Source: Cenarchaeum sp.
GTDB lineage: Archaea > Thermoproteota > Nitrososphaeria > Nitrososphaerales > Nitrosopumilaceae
Length of the DNA stretch: 64,000 nucleotides
Direction of reading: 5' to 3'
Assembly (NCBI GenBank): GCA_965206845.1
Contig: OZ242221.1
Location: 1,376,001-1,440,000 of the forward strand
Shown piece by piece: positions 40,508-50,617 of this stretch. A program made the translations under genes and the position numbers. The notes beneath the pieces are model-generated. The model did not search any database. It was given only the letters and a program-made list of their open reading frames with translations, and had not been told where the DNA came from. The first letter of the stretch is position 1. Each line of letters starts with the position of its first letter.

Positions 40508-42118
40508 ATGCGATCGGTCGCAAGATATGTGGTGGCAAAATGGACAACGCTGGGACTGGCACTCCTTGCAGCGGGATTCAGCACGGCTCTGGCACTTGGG
40601 GAGCTCGAACCGTTCCAGTCGCCCTACGAGCAGTACGCGCAGGGCACGCCGATATGGGAGATTCAGTGTGCAGACTCGAAGGTCCTGATGCAGTCTCCCG
40701 GTGGGGCGCCGGCTTGTGCGTACCACTCCTCCGCTGACCGGTTGGTGCAGAGCGGATTCACCATAGTGGGGCCTGCCGGATCCGGGGATCTCACACCACA
40801 GGAGACGCCGGCAGGGCACGCCTATGCGGGCGGCGGGCAGGTTCCCGACGGCGAGGGTGTCAAAGAGGGCGTGTCCGTGATGCACAGGGTGGTAGTTCCG
40901 GATTCTATCGATATAGGACAGACGGCATCCATAACGTACACCTTCTCCTGGTTTTATCCGAACGGAACGCCCGTACCAGGGGAGGATCTGTTCTGGGTAC
41001 CGGAGTGCATACACGAGTCCGGGGGCATATGCTGGGAAGTCCCCACGCCTGAGGAGCTGCGAGAGAAGCCCAGGCGCAACGTGCTAAACAGGATTCTGAT
41101 CTTCGTCCCAGACGAGTTTACCGTCCTGAACGGGGACAAGCGGGCCGTGGACAGGCGGGTTGATACTCACACTCCCCACGGCGGCACCTATTACAGGATC
41201 GACGTACCGCAGTCTGACATCACGGTGGGCAATATCGACATAAGACTGGACAGGCAGCTGTACCACAACAGGGACATGATGAAGATCGTCGTCGAGGGCG
41301 GCCATGAGTACTACTTCCAGACACAAAGAACGGATGACGGCGCCAGGCTGGTTGGGCGCGGCGCGCTGACTGACCAGTATGACATCCGGCAGGCCAACTA
41401 CACAACCCACGGATACCTGTCCGAGTACGGATCCGCTGATCCCTATGGCAGGTATGACGAGACACATTACGTGCGTCCTGACTACAAGCCTGACAGAACA
41501 GTCGCCGTGGCATCCGAACCTGATCAAGCGGCCATGTACCCTCCTAGGGAAGACTGGGCCCATCTTGCCGAGTTTGTGCGCTCCCAGATACAGCCCAGAA
41601 GCATTGCCGATGCAGGCGCTTGGCTGCTGGCAAGCGGCCTGTCCGAGGAGTTTGTGCACGACTTTTCTGCAGAGTATCCGGAGCTTGACATGGCACGGGA
41701 CAGCCCAGTTTACCCAACCGGTGCTGCTCCTCCTCCGATACCCTTTGTTCCCGGTCACCACATGTCACTAGTCACAGACAAGCAGGTCTACAAGCAGGGC
41801 GAGCCGGTCACCGTCCGCATCATAAACACCGGAACACGTACCCTGAGCTTTCCCACCACCGGCTATGGGTTTGGGGGCACCGATGCGTACGGCTCCGTCA
41901 CATTTTGGAGCGGCGGCGGAGAGGTGATAACGAACATCGCGCCCGGCTCGGAGGCACCGCGCGTGTGGTGCCCAACGGCAGATTATGCAAACCCGGCCCC
42001 GCCGGGCGTCTATCACCTGCACTCGCTATCATACTCGACCGGAGCATCGGTCACCATCACGGTTGAACAGGCTCCGGCCGCGTCCCCGTGCGAGGGGATC
42101 GACTGGCCGATGTGGTGA
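40508..42118 (+). CDS. Secreted hypothetical protein
   Basis: Signal peptide, thaumarchaeal Cys module and C-terminal Ig-like TDKQVYKQGE segment. Confidence 0.7.
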   Translation: MRSVARYVVAKWTTLGLALLAAGFSTALALGELEPFQSPYEQYAQGTPIWEIQCADSKVLMQSPGGAPACAYHSSADRLVQSGFTIVGPAGSGDLTPQETPAGHAYAGGGQVPDGEGVKEGVSVMHRVVVPDSIDIGQTASITYTFSWFYPNGTPVPGEDLFWVPECIHESGGICWEVPTPEELREKPRRNVLNRILIFVPDEFTVLNGDKRAVDRRVDTHTPHGGTYYRIDVPQSDITVGNIDIRLDRQLYHNRDMMKIVVEGGHEYYFQTQRTDDGARLVGRGALTDQYDIRQANYTTHGYLSEYGSADPYGRYDETHYVRPDYKPDRTVAVASEPDQAAMYPPREDWAHLAEFVRSQIQPRSIADAGAWLLASGLSEEFVHDFSAEYPELDMARDSPVYPTGAAPPPIPFVPGHHMSLVTDKQVYKQGEPVTVRIINTGTRTLSFPTTGYGFGGTDAYGSVTFWSGGGEVITNIAPGSEAPRVWCPTADYANPAPPGVYHLHSLSYSTGASVTITVEQAPAASPCEGIDWPMW

Positions 42119-42404
42119 TGGGCGGTCTTGTGAATCCTGTCCGCGGCAGGCGGGGGCATGCATGCCATACTCGGAGACCACATTCGGCGCGGCTCTGCGG
42201 CTCCGACGTCTGTAGCAAGGTGTGTCATTGCGATCCCTGCCCTGCACGCCACATCTGCTCACCGTCATTATCCGAATCGGCGCCACTCCGGCGGGGTTCA
42301 CACTGGCGCCCGTAAGCGTATTGTGCGGCAGCCGCGAGTGCCACGCATTACCTGCTGCCTGCCCTGCCAAGGATCCTCCCCCGAGAGGATGCGGCCCTGA
42401 TCTT

Positions 42405-42625
42405 TTACTCGCACCTTATGTCTTTGGCGTGCTTGAGAACCCTGCGGCTAAGCTGCCTGAAGACTGGGTGCAGGGGGATCTTCGTCCGGGGGCGCCTGCG
42501 AACCCTACGGTTGCAGCAGTTGCAGAACCAGACCCTGGAATCGTCGGTGGCCGGCAGGCAGTCCCCTGTGTGCGCCCCCCGGCAGTCAATCCATACGCCG
42601 CACGTCTCGCACCTGCCCTGAGATG
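42405..42625 (-). pseudogene. Remnant of a Cys-rich zinc-finger gene
   Basis: Frame QGRCETCGVWID...WFCNCCNRRVRRRPR has an in-frame TAA just upstream and no start. Confidence 0.5.
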
Positions 42626-42944
42626 TGATTCGTAATTAGCACGCAGGCACATTAGAGCACGATCTTTGGCATAATCATACGAAAGTTGCATGCTTTGGAG
42701 CACACATCTGTAAGATTATGGGCATCGAAGGCCCGATTCTTAATTGCAGATCATGTCTCTGTCCTGCCTCGAATCCTCTACCGCTGGCGGGCATTTTTAC
42801 ACCAAATCTACTGCATATCCTGCCGCATGCTCTCCCCTTCCCCAAGATGCCTGTGGATGGCTTGCAAGCTATATGGGGATCATGTCCGGGACTCCTCTGG
42901 GGATTGAAGCTTTCGCAATCCGGGAAATCACGACATGCAGATGT

Positions 42945-43394
42945 CTAGAGCACCCTTATCAGGAACCTGGCCACCATGTCGCCCATCTCGGCCACCCGCG
43001 TCAGTGTATCCGCAAAGTCCTGCTGGTTGAACCTCTCCTCGTCATCGATTACGCCATAAACCCCGACTATGATCCTGCCAGACTCGTGCATTACCCTGCC
43101 TATTGCCCCGATGGAACGGCAGTAGTCCGCCACATCCTTCTCGAACCTGCTCCTCCGTGACTCGACGAGCCTCAGGTACCTGGCATGCTGGTTGTTCCTC
43201 AGGGGCACCATGCTGCCCGCCACCAGCGCGACACTTTGCTGTACCGGCTGGAACACCTCGATCTGGTGCCCAAAGGAGCCCGCATGCCTTATCAGTACGG
43301 TGAACACGTTCCTGTCATTCTCCTGATGCGAGAACCTATAGTTCTCGTGCGTCAGCCACCGCTCTACGTCACGCTGCAGCCGTGCCGGATCCAT
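42945..43394 (-). CDS. Hypothetical protein (DUF2299-like)
   Basis: VERWLTHENY...ERFNQQ coding-like ORF. Confidence 0.65.
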   Translation of the reverse strand: MDPARLQRDVERWLTHENYRFSHQENDRNVFTVLIRHAGSFGHQIEVFQPVQQSVALVAGSMVPLRNNQHARYLRLVESRRSRFEKDVADYCRSIGAIGRVMHESGRIIVGVYGVIDDEERFNQQDFADTLTRVAEMGDMVARFLIRVL

Positions 43395-43445
43395 ACGGTA
43401 CGGTGCGCGGCGGTCTTCTTATGGCTGTTGTTATCGATCCCTGTG

Positions 43446-44507
43446 CTATGACCGCTCGCGGAGCCAGCGCCCCAGCTCCGGCAGGACAGTCCTCTGGGAG
43501 AGCGAGCTGGCGATCATGCCCACGTGGCCTATGGGGTATATCCTCATTGCCTTGTCGGCGCTTCCCACGGCATAGTACAGCGGCATGCTGCACTCTGGTG
43601 ACACCAGGTGATCACCCGCTGCGACCTGTATGAATATCGGCATGGTGATATTCTGCAGGGATACGCGCTCCCCGCTCACATGCATCTCGTTCTTTATCAG
43701 GAGGTTGTCCTGATAGATGTTCTTTATCCACTGACGGAACAGCTCCCCGGCTATGGGCGGCGTGTCCATCAGCCACTTCTCCACTCGGATAAAGTTGTCC
43801 ACAAAGCGCTTGTTCTCTATATTGTCGAAAAAGTTGATGTACTTTGTTATTCCCTGCTCGAACGGCTTTAGCACCGAAAAGCAGTAGTACATGAACTCCG
43901 GCGGCATGTTACCGATTGTAGAGAACATCTTGTCCACATCCACATGCTTTGCCAGGTTGCTGATTACCGTGGTGTCGCGCCATCCGTCGATGACTGGCGC
44001 GGTGGCTACCAGGTTCCGCACATTCTCCGGATGCAGTGCAGTGTACGCGGCGGCAATGGTGCCGCCTGTGCAGTACCCCTGCAGGGATACGCTGTCCACG
44101 TTGGCATCTCGTTGCACAAATCTGATGCAGTGATCCAGGTACCCGTTCACATAGTCGTCCAAGCCCAGGTACTTGTCAGTCTGGCCCGGCGTTCCCCAGT
44201 CTATCATGTACACGTCAAACCCCTGATCCAGAAGGTTGCGTACCCAGCTCCTCTCGGGGTGTATGTCAAGTATGTGGTATCTGTTTACTATGGCGTATGA
44301 TATGACCAGCGGGGTTCTGTGTTGCTTCTCCGTGCGTCTCTTGTAGTGTAGCAGTCGGATCATGTCTTCTTGGTACGCCACATCGTACTCTGTGGTCTCG
44401 AGGGACACTTCGTCTAGCGCGGCAACCATCTTTGGCGCATCGGCAACGTGCCTGCCAAATCTTAAGGCGTCCTCAATTATCTTGGGATCAACGCTTACCT
44501 GCATCAT
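43446..44507 (-). CDS. phaC: Class III PHA synthase subunit PhaC
   Basis: GYCTGG lipase box, DVYMIDWG, DHLV and GHVG. Confidence 0.92.
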   Translation of the reverse strand: MMQVSVDPKIIEDALRFGRHVADAPKMVAALDEVSLETTEYDVAYQEDMIRLLHYKRRTEKQHRTPLVISYAIVNRYHILDIHPERSWVRNLLDQGFDVYMIDWGTPGQTDKYLGLDDYVNGYLDHCIRFVQRDANVDSVSLQGYCTGGTIAAAYTALHPENVRNLVATAPVIDGWRDTTVISNLAKHVDVDKMFSTIGNMPPEFMYYCFSVLKPFEQGITKYINFFDNIENKRFVDNFIRVEKWLMDTPPIAGELFRQWIKNIYQDNLLIKNEMHVSGERVSLQNITMPIFIQVAAGDHLVSPECSMPLYYAVGSADKAMRIYPIGHVGMIASSLSQRTVLPELGRWLRERS

Positions 44508-45189
44508 CTGACCTCACACGCAGTTTGGGTTCTGCCTTGGACGCTTCTGTGACGTCTGCCTTGCTCTGTCTCCCAGGCGCGGCTTCGGCGGCCTTTGCGC
44601 CATCTGCCATACCCCGTCCTTTGGGCCCTGCTGCGATCCTGGAGGTCTTTGCGTCATCCGTCTTGCTCTCTCTTTTAAACAACAGCTGCGACTCGAGAGC
44701 CGATATCCGTTTCTTCAGATCGTGGATCTGCCGGCACACTCCATCGATCTCCTTCTTGTCTGGCAGGTTTGCCGACTTTAGCAGCATGCCTGTTATGTTG
44801 TTCCAGTGGTTGGCAAGTTCCATCTCCTGCGCCACCAGCTTTCCGTAGTTCTTGCCAAACCTTTTCGAGCCAAAAAGCTCGGTAAAGTCGTTGTCCAGTA
44901 TGGCCGTCCAGACTCCCTTGTACGCCTTGAACTGTTCTGCATCCTGTGGCACCTGCGGCACCTTTGCGTTGACCTTCTTCTGGGCATCAAACCAGGTGTC
45001 TGCCAGCTGCTTGTAGTATAGCAGCAGCGAGTCGTTGAACTCCTTGAGCTGGGCAGTCGACTCTGCCACCTCTGCTGCGATCCTCTTTGAGTACTCGGCG
45101 TAGTTGCCTATGGGTCCCATCGGTGCTAGGATCTGTGGCTTGCCGGACATCATGCGAACCAAGCCTGCCCAGAGGAACGGCGGATGCAT
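44488..45189 (-). CDS. phaE: PHA synthase subunit PhaE
   Basis: Directly upstream of phaC; NLPDKKEID...IHDLKKRI coiled-coil motif; start uncertain. Confidence 0.75.
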   Translation of the reverse strand: MHPPFLWAGLVRMMSGKPQILAPMGPIGNYAEYSKRIAAEVAESTAQLKEFNDSLLLYYKQLADTWFDAQKKVNAKVPQVPQDAEQFKAYKGVWTAILDNDFTELFGSKRFGKNYGKLVAQEMELANHWNNITGMLLKSANLPDKKEIDGVCRQIHDLKKRISALESQLLFKRESKTDDAKTSRIAAGPKGRGMADGAKAAEAAPGRQSKADVTEASKAEPKLRVRSDDAGKR

Positions 45190-45439
45190 GTGGCACTCTT
45201 TGGGATCTGCCGGATCCAGATGGGTGTCACTTTCAGTTTTACTGTCATTAAGAAATGTCTAATATGAGCAATATATATTCCTCTCGGTACATACGCCAAA
45301 TGGAACTGCTCTGTCACGTGGACGGCTCTGCCGTATCCACGGCAGGTGCCCTGGCGCTGATCCGTCTTTTGCGGCCATGATCCGGCCGGGTAGGGGACGC
45401 GAGCGCCGGTGCAATACAAGCGGCGGCCCCTGGCCGATA

Positions 45440-46258
45440 CTACACTTGGTACTTCTCCAGTACTCCGGACTTGTTCCTGTAGGCGTGTCCGAACTCGGCG
45501 TTTGCCATGAGGTGCTCCCCGTCAAAGACTGTTCCATCCTTGCATACGAGATCCTCACCTATGCAGCAGCTGCCGCATATCCCGACCCCGCACTTCATCA
45601 TGCGCTCAAGGCTGGCCTGGACAAAGATTCCCCTGGAGTGCGCAGACCGCACGGTCTTGTACATCATAAGCTCGGGCCCACAGACGTACACCCCGTCATA
45701 ACGGGTTCTGCCGACCATCTCCTCTACCAGGTCGGTCACAAGTCCTCTCACCCCGCAGCTCCCGTCGTCTGTGGTGACGATCACCCTGTGGGGGTTCTCT
45801 GGCAGGAGCCCCTCTGCCAGGCCGTCAAAGAAGACCTCGTCTTTTGACCTCGCCCCTATGAGGACCGTGATGTCATCCTCCGGCCTGACCGCAGTCAGCA
45901 GCCGCATCATGGGAACAAGTCCCGTCCCGCCCCCGACCAGCAAGATCCTTCCACTTTTGAGATCAAACGAGTTTCCATAGGGGCCCCGGACCCCGATCTG
46001 CCCCCCGACGCCCGTGTGGAACAGTCCCGATGAGGCGATCCCGTGCCGCCTTATCGTGAATGCCGCCTTGCCGGACACCTTGGCGATCATCACGCTCATG
46101 GGCAGCTCGCCGACTCCGGGAACCCAGACCATCGCAAACTGCCCGGGAAGGGCCTCTGCCATTACGCGATCAGAGAAGACCAGCGTCCTGACCGTGGGGG
46201 TCTCGTCGATAACCTCCTCGACTGTGACGATCGTCGGGTGGTTACGATCCCTTCGCAA
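45440..46258 (-). CDS. pyrK: Dihydroorotate dehydrogenase electron transfer subunit
   Basis: GPYGNSF, GGGTG and MKCGVGICGSC. Confidence 0.9.
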   Translation of the reverse strand: MRRDRNHPTIVTVEEVIDETPTVRTLVFSDRVMAEALPGQFAMVWVPGVGELPMSVMIAKVSGKAAFTIRRHGIASSGLFHTGVGGQIGVRGPYGNSFDLKSGRILLVGGGTGLVPMMRLLTAVRPEDDITVLIGARSKDEVFFDGLAEGLLPENPHRVIVTTDDGSCGVRGLVTDLVEEMVGRTRYDGVYVCGPELMMYKTVRSAHSRGIFVQASLERMMKCGVGICGSCCIGEDLVCKDGTVFDGEHLMANAEFGHAYRNKSGVLEKYQV

Positions 46259-47153
46259 GCCCCACCATCTCCTCTATCCTTGTGATCCCCTTTCCCTTCA
46301 TGTATTCCAGTATTCCGTGGTTGATCGACCCAAAGACATCGATCCAGTTGGTGCCCACGGCGCTCCCTAGCTGCACGGCGCTTGCCCCGGCCAAAAAGAG
46401 CTCCACTGTGTCCTCCCACGAGGATATGCCGCCGCACCCGATGACCGGGATGTCGTACCTGGAGGATATCTCGTAGACGCATCGGAGCGCGATCTGCTTG
46501 ATGGGGGTTCCCGACAGTCCGCCGAACCTGTTGCTGAGGATCGGCCTCTGGGTCTGGACATCTATTGCCATTGCGCGAACCGTGTTGATTGCGGTTACGG
46601 CATCGGCCCCCGAGTCCACCGCAGCCCCCACGGTGTCTAGGTAGTGCGTTGTGCCTAGGCCGACCTTGGCTATGACCGGAATACCGGTGGCGCCCTTGAC
46701 GGCCGCTATGATCCTCCCGACCAGCTCTGGATCGTCGCCGACCTCCAGGCCGACCCTTGCCACATGGGGGCACGACAGGTTCAGCTCGTACGCCGCGACC
46801 CGACATCCCTCAAACTGCCCTATCATGTCGGTAAAGTCCTCGGGTGTGGAGCCCACCAAGCTGACGACTATCGGGACGCTGCGGTTGGGCCTGATCATCC
46901 CTGCAAAGGCTGGAGCCCCGGGGTTGGACAGCCCCACCGCGTTGATCCAGCCCCCGCCCTTTACGCTGATTACGGTGGGATTGGGATATCCCTCCCACGG
47001 CTCCCTGCTCAGCGACTTTGTCACCACGGCCCCGGCGCCGGCGCGGTAAACCCTTCTGAACACGTCCAGAGAGATTCCCAGGATCCCTGATGCCAGCATC
47101 ACGGGCCCGTCCAGGCGCATCGATCCTATGGAAGTTGCCAGACTGGGCTCCAT
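46242..47153 (-). CDS. pyrD: Dihydroorotate dehydrogenase
   Basis: NAVGLSNPG, ELNLSCPH and GGLSG. Confidence 0.93.
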   Translation of the reverse strand: MEPSLATSIGSMRLDGPVMLASGILGISLDVFRRVYRAGAGAVVTKSLSREPWEGYPNPTVISVKGGGWINAVGLSNPGAPAFAGMIRPNRSVPIVVSLVGSTPEDFTDMIGQFEGCRVAAYELNLSCPHVARVGLEVGDDPELVGRIIAAVKGATGIPVIAKVGLGTTHYLDTVGAAVDSGADAVTAINTVRAMAIDVQTQRPILSNRFGGLSGTPIKQIALRCVYEISSRYDIPVIGCGGISSWEDTVELFLAGASAVQLGSAVGTNWIDVFGSINHGILEYMKGKGITRIEEMVGLAKGS

Positions 47154-47438
47154 CTTGATCCGTTGACCACGCTTTGAATATAACGTTTGGCTGCGGGTTG
47201 CGGTGTTTGCTGCCTGATCGCCCTAGATCTGCCAATGCGCTTTATGATCGCAGCAAACGCAAGTATTGCAGTGCTCGTACTAGAGATCCAGCAGCCGATC
47301 CGACGAATCGGTATCCATTTTGGAAAATTTTTTGTGGAAAACAGACTTGAACCGAAGACTGTGTTGTATAGATCAGAATTAAATAGCAATCATATTTGCT
47401 TGAACACTATTAAGTAAGATTGTGCCATATACAAAACT

Positions 47439-48320
47439 ATGATTGTAGGGGAGGGAATCGTAGAGCAGATAGAGATAAAGAGAATAAACTCCACAGCGCT
47501 GTTGGTTAGGCCCGACAACGCCTCTACAAAACAGAACAAGTCGGTACGGGAACTCGTTTTGAGCATCAGGGAGCACGGACTTATCCAGCCAATAACGGTT
47601 CGGCCCATGAATTCCGGTTTTGAGGTTGTAGCCGGGCACAGGAGGCTAAAGGCATGCAAACTTCTTCGGTGGAAGAGAATCCCGTGCACCGTGCGATCGC
47701 TGTCCGACAAGGCCGCATTTGAAATCCAGCTGGTGGAGAACATACAGAGGGAGAGTCTTGATCCTATCGAGGAAGCCGAGTCGTTTAAAAAATATGTTCT
47801 GGACTATGGCTGGGGCGGAGTTAGCCACCTAGCCCGGGTTATTTCAAAGAGCGAGCAATATGTTTCGGGCAGAATTCAGATACTCCGACTGCCAGAAGGG
47901 ATCCTGACCGAGATTGCACAAAAGAACCTGAGTGTCTCCCATGCAATAGAACTGATCAACCTGGATGAAAACAACCAGCAGGTTATGACGAACGCCGTCA
48001 TAAACAAGAGTTTAACCGTGCGAGGTCTCAGGGAGATGATCCGCCCCAACAGGGGCCAAGAGTCCCAAGAATACTTTGACCATTCACCATCGTCTGAGAA
48101 CAGGGTGACGGTGAAAAAGATCAAGATGTTCAAAAAATCCCTGACCGTCTTGAGAATGTCACTGGCAAATATGGACAGCTTGATCAACGAGGTCAACAAC
48201 ACTCTGAGCAGTGAGGAGAAGGTCGATCTTGTAAGAGCTCTGATGGCATACAGAATCCAGATTCATTCAATGATTGACGAGTGCCTCAGGTCAACCAGTG
48301 CTCTAAAAAGAAAACTCTGA
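47439..48320 (+). CDS. ParB/Spo0J-like protein
   Basis: GLIQPITVR...VVAGHRRLKA...ENIQRESLDPIEEA plus HTH. Confidence 0.88.
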   Translation: MIVGEGIVEQIEIKRINSTALLVRPDNASTKQNKSVRELVLSIREHGLIQPITVRPMNSGFEVVAGHRRLKACKLLRWKRIPCTVRSLSDKAAFEIQLVENIQRESLDPIEEAESFKKYVLDYGWGGVSHLARVISKSEQYVSGRIQILRLPEGILTEIAQKNLSVSHAIELINLDENNQQVMTNAVINKSLTVRGLREMIRPNRGQESQEYFDHSPSSENRVTVKKIKMFKKSLTVLRMSLANMDSLINEVNNTLSSEEKVDLVRALMAYRIQIHSMIDECLRSTSALKRKL

Positions 48321-48419
48321 TCCTGGTAATTAGACTCCTGAGCCGCACAGGCAGCGCCTGCGTTACCGGTAGTCTGCAACCGCGTTCCTGCCCATCCGTG
48401 TCGGCGATGATCCCCTTCC

Positions 48420-48720
48420 GGTTTCCCGAGGAGTCCTCTCAGGATGTCTTTTGTTTTGGACGCGATCCAAAAGGACTGCGGGCGCACTGATTACGGAGTG
48501 GGGCCGGCTCCTGGCTGCCACGTTGTAGCCTGTCAGCCCGTGGATCTTCTTTGGAACCACTTCTGCCCCCGCCGCCACGGGCAGGCTCCTCCCTTGGAGC
48601 ATCTCCCAAACGTCGCCGATGCCTCTCCTGTGCACCGGGGTGTGCGCCATCGCGAGGCCCTTCCTCTTCCGTACGGCGGGTCTCTGCTCGTGGATGAAAC
48701 CTGCAACATTGACTTTTCAT
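48420..48720 (-). pseudogene. Possible degraded DDE (IS5/IS4-like) transposase C-terminus
   Basis: Frameshifted fragments PAVRKRKG, HRR..EA(S)ATFG and GYNV resemble the DDE signature. Confidence 0.3.
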
Positions 48721-48910
48721 GCATTGCCGATCCTCTCTAGGGTGCCCGCTATCTCGGGTCGGCCTCGTCCGTTAGTGCCCTGTCCGCTCCAAGTGGCCTG
48801 AAGGCCAGAGCCACATGATGTAGACCACTTGCTCGCGCGCTACCCATGGGCTTGTGCCCTACCGCAGGGGCTCCCGGCTGTTGGCATGCGCCCGAATTGG
48901 CAGGAGAATC

Positions 48911-49267
48911 TCAGACAAGCTGCAGACCTGCAAAATAGTCCAAAACCATCGATATGTCCCCCCAAACTGACTTTTCGTCCATCCCTATTATGATGCTGTT
49001 CTCGTTTGTGTTGACGACAACAGTCTTTATGTCATTCATCTCTACTAGCATGAATTTTACGTTCTCAAATGCCAGGACGCTGGTGGAAAAAGACAATTTT
49101 CTAAACTGCTCTTGGATCTCATCGCCAGAGATACCTGCGGATTCATGCATGTTTTGGTAGACCAGTTCCCCATACAGATTAATTATAGCAATTGAGCATA
49201 TGCTACCACTCAAGGAAAGAATGTCATCGGCCATCTTGGAATAAAGAACAGTTTGCTGATTTGGCAT
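48911..49267 (-). CDS. Small roadblock/longin-like hypothetical protein
   Basis: ILSLSGSICSIAIINLYGELV resembles thaumarchaeal roadblock-like proteins. Confidence 0.55.
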   Translation of the reverse strand: MPNQQTVLYSKMADDILSLSGSICSIAIINLYGELVYQNMHESAGISGDEIQEQFRKLSFSTSVLAFENVKFMLVEMNDIKTVVVNTNENSIIIGMDEKSVWGDISMVLDYFAGLQLV

Positions 49268-49311
49268 TATACACTACTATATGCGAGTTAATCTATTTTA
49301 AGATTTGTTTT

Positions 49312-49920
49312 TCAGGAAGTGTCACTTCCTTGTATGGCATTTTTCAAGGAAATTCTTTCCTTTATAGAAGTGTCTCCTATCCACGTTTCAAGAAATTGGT
49401 AAAACTCCTTCTTCGAGTGGTTTGCCGCATGGGCAAAGTCAGGTCCCTTGATCGGGGTCAGATCAAATGCCACATATTTGTCTATGACGTCTCCAAACAG
49501 GGTTCGATAGAAGTCACTTTCCAGATTTGCCACTTTTGTGTTTGGAAAAACCTTGATGTTGATCCAGTCGTACTCCCCTCTTGTCCTGGCGGCAAAGGCG
49601 GCAAATGGGGCAGCGCTGAGATAACTTGTAAACATTGCCACGCGTTCCTCAAACAGTTTGGAAGTCTTGAAGGATATCAGTATAAACCGAATAACCTTTC
49701 TCCCGTAATCCTGGGGTCCGGTCTTTAGGGTATACCCGGAGATGGCCCCCTCCTGTTCCAGTCGATGAATTCTTCCCAGGATGGCCCGTTCAGTTCGGTC
49801 TATGCCGTTGCGCCTAAACTCGACTGCAATCTCCTTGGTGGACACCTTTGCGTTTTTAGAAAGACATGACAGAATGATCTCGTCCATCTTGGAGATTACC
49901 AACGAATGCATTACCCGCAA
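49312..49920 (-). CDS. Lrp/AsnC family transcriptional regulator
   Basis: DEIILSCLSKNAK...RIHRLEQEGAISGYT HTH; RAM-like TRGEYDW. Confidence 0.82.
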   Translation of the reverse strand: MRVMHSLVISKMDEIILSCLSKNAKVSTKEIAVEFRRNGIDRTERAILGRIHRLEQEGAISGYTLKTGPQDYGRKVIRFILISFKTSKLFEERVAMFTSYLSAAPFAAFAARTRGEYDWINIKVFPNTKVANLESDFYRTLFGDVIDKYVAFDLTPIKGPDFAHAANHSKKEFYQFLETWIGDTSIKERISLKNAIQGSDTS

Positions 49921-50312
49921 CTGATATTAACACTTTACCAATTCCGGGCTTTTGAACTAGCGTGACTTGGTTCCAGATCCCATGATCCCATACGTGATCC
50001 CTGATCCATACTTGGTTTGCAGGCATGCCCGAGTCTGTCACGGGAACATGGCGACCAGAAAAAGCAGACTCTGGCTCCCTGCTGCACTTGCATGCTGTCG
50101 CGCCCGCCGCCCATTCAGGAGTAGGTGCACGCATTCGCTACGCTTGGCTCAACGCGGCATGTGGCCCCGTATTCACATTTTGTGTAGTCGGGCTTCTGCC
50201 CGCGATCATGCGAGCGGATCTGGGAGAACTCCAGCAAGTCACGTTAACACAAGAGAACCCGGCAACTAAGAGTTAAATAAAATACTGTTACCTTCTGAAT
50301 GGAATCAAAAAA

Positions 50313-50423
50313 ATGAAGGATGACTCAAAAAAGAAAAAGACATCGGGAAAGTTTTGGAAGATTTATGGGATTATCTTTGTCACAGGGGCAGTGATCCTGT
50401 TCCTGTTGGGCTGGGTAGTCTAG
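50313..50423 (+). CDS. 36-aa single-TM micropeptide
   Basis: Manual translation MKDDSKKKKTSGKFWKIYGIIFVTGAVILFLLGWVV; TTAAATAA box upstream. Confidence 0.5.
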   Translation: MKDDSKKKKTSGKFWKIYGIIFVTGAVILFLLGWVV

Positions 50424-50617
50424 GCTGGAGAGAGCATACATGAAAAAAGACCGGTTTTGGCGGTAGCCGGTGCAAAGGTGGCACGCGGGGACCCTGCCAG
50501 GCCGGCTGTGGCGGGTAGTACCGCTGCCTCAATGCCGAAAGGCCAACGGGTCTCTTTGCGCCAGATGATCGGCCAAATAATCTGTTAAATACCGAAAGTT
50601 GGGTAACTCTTTTTGGG

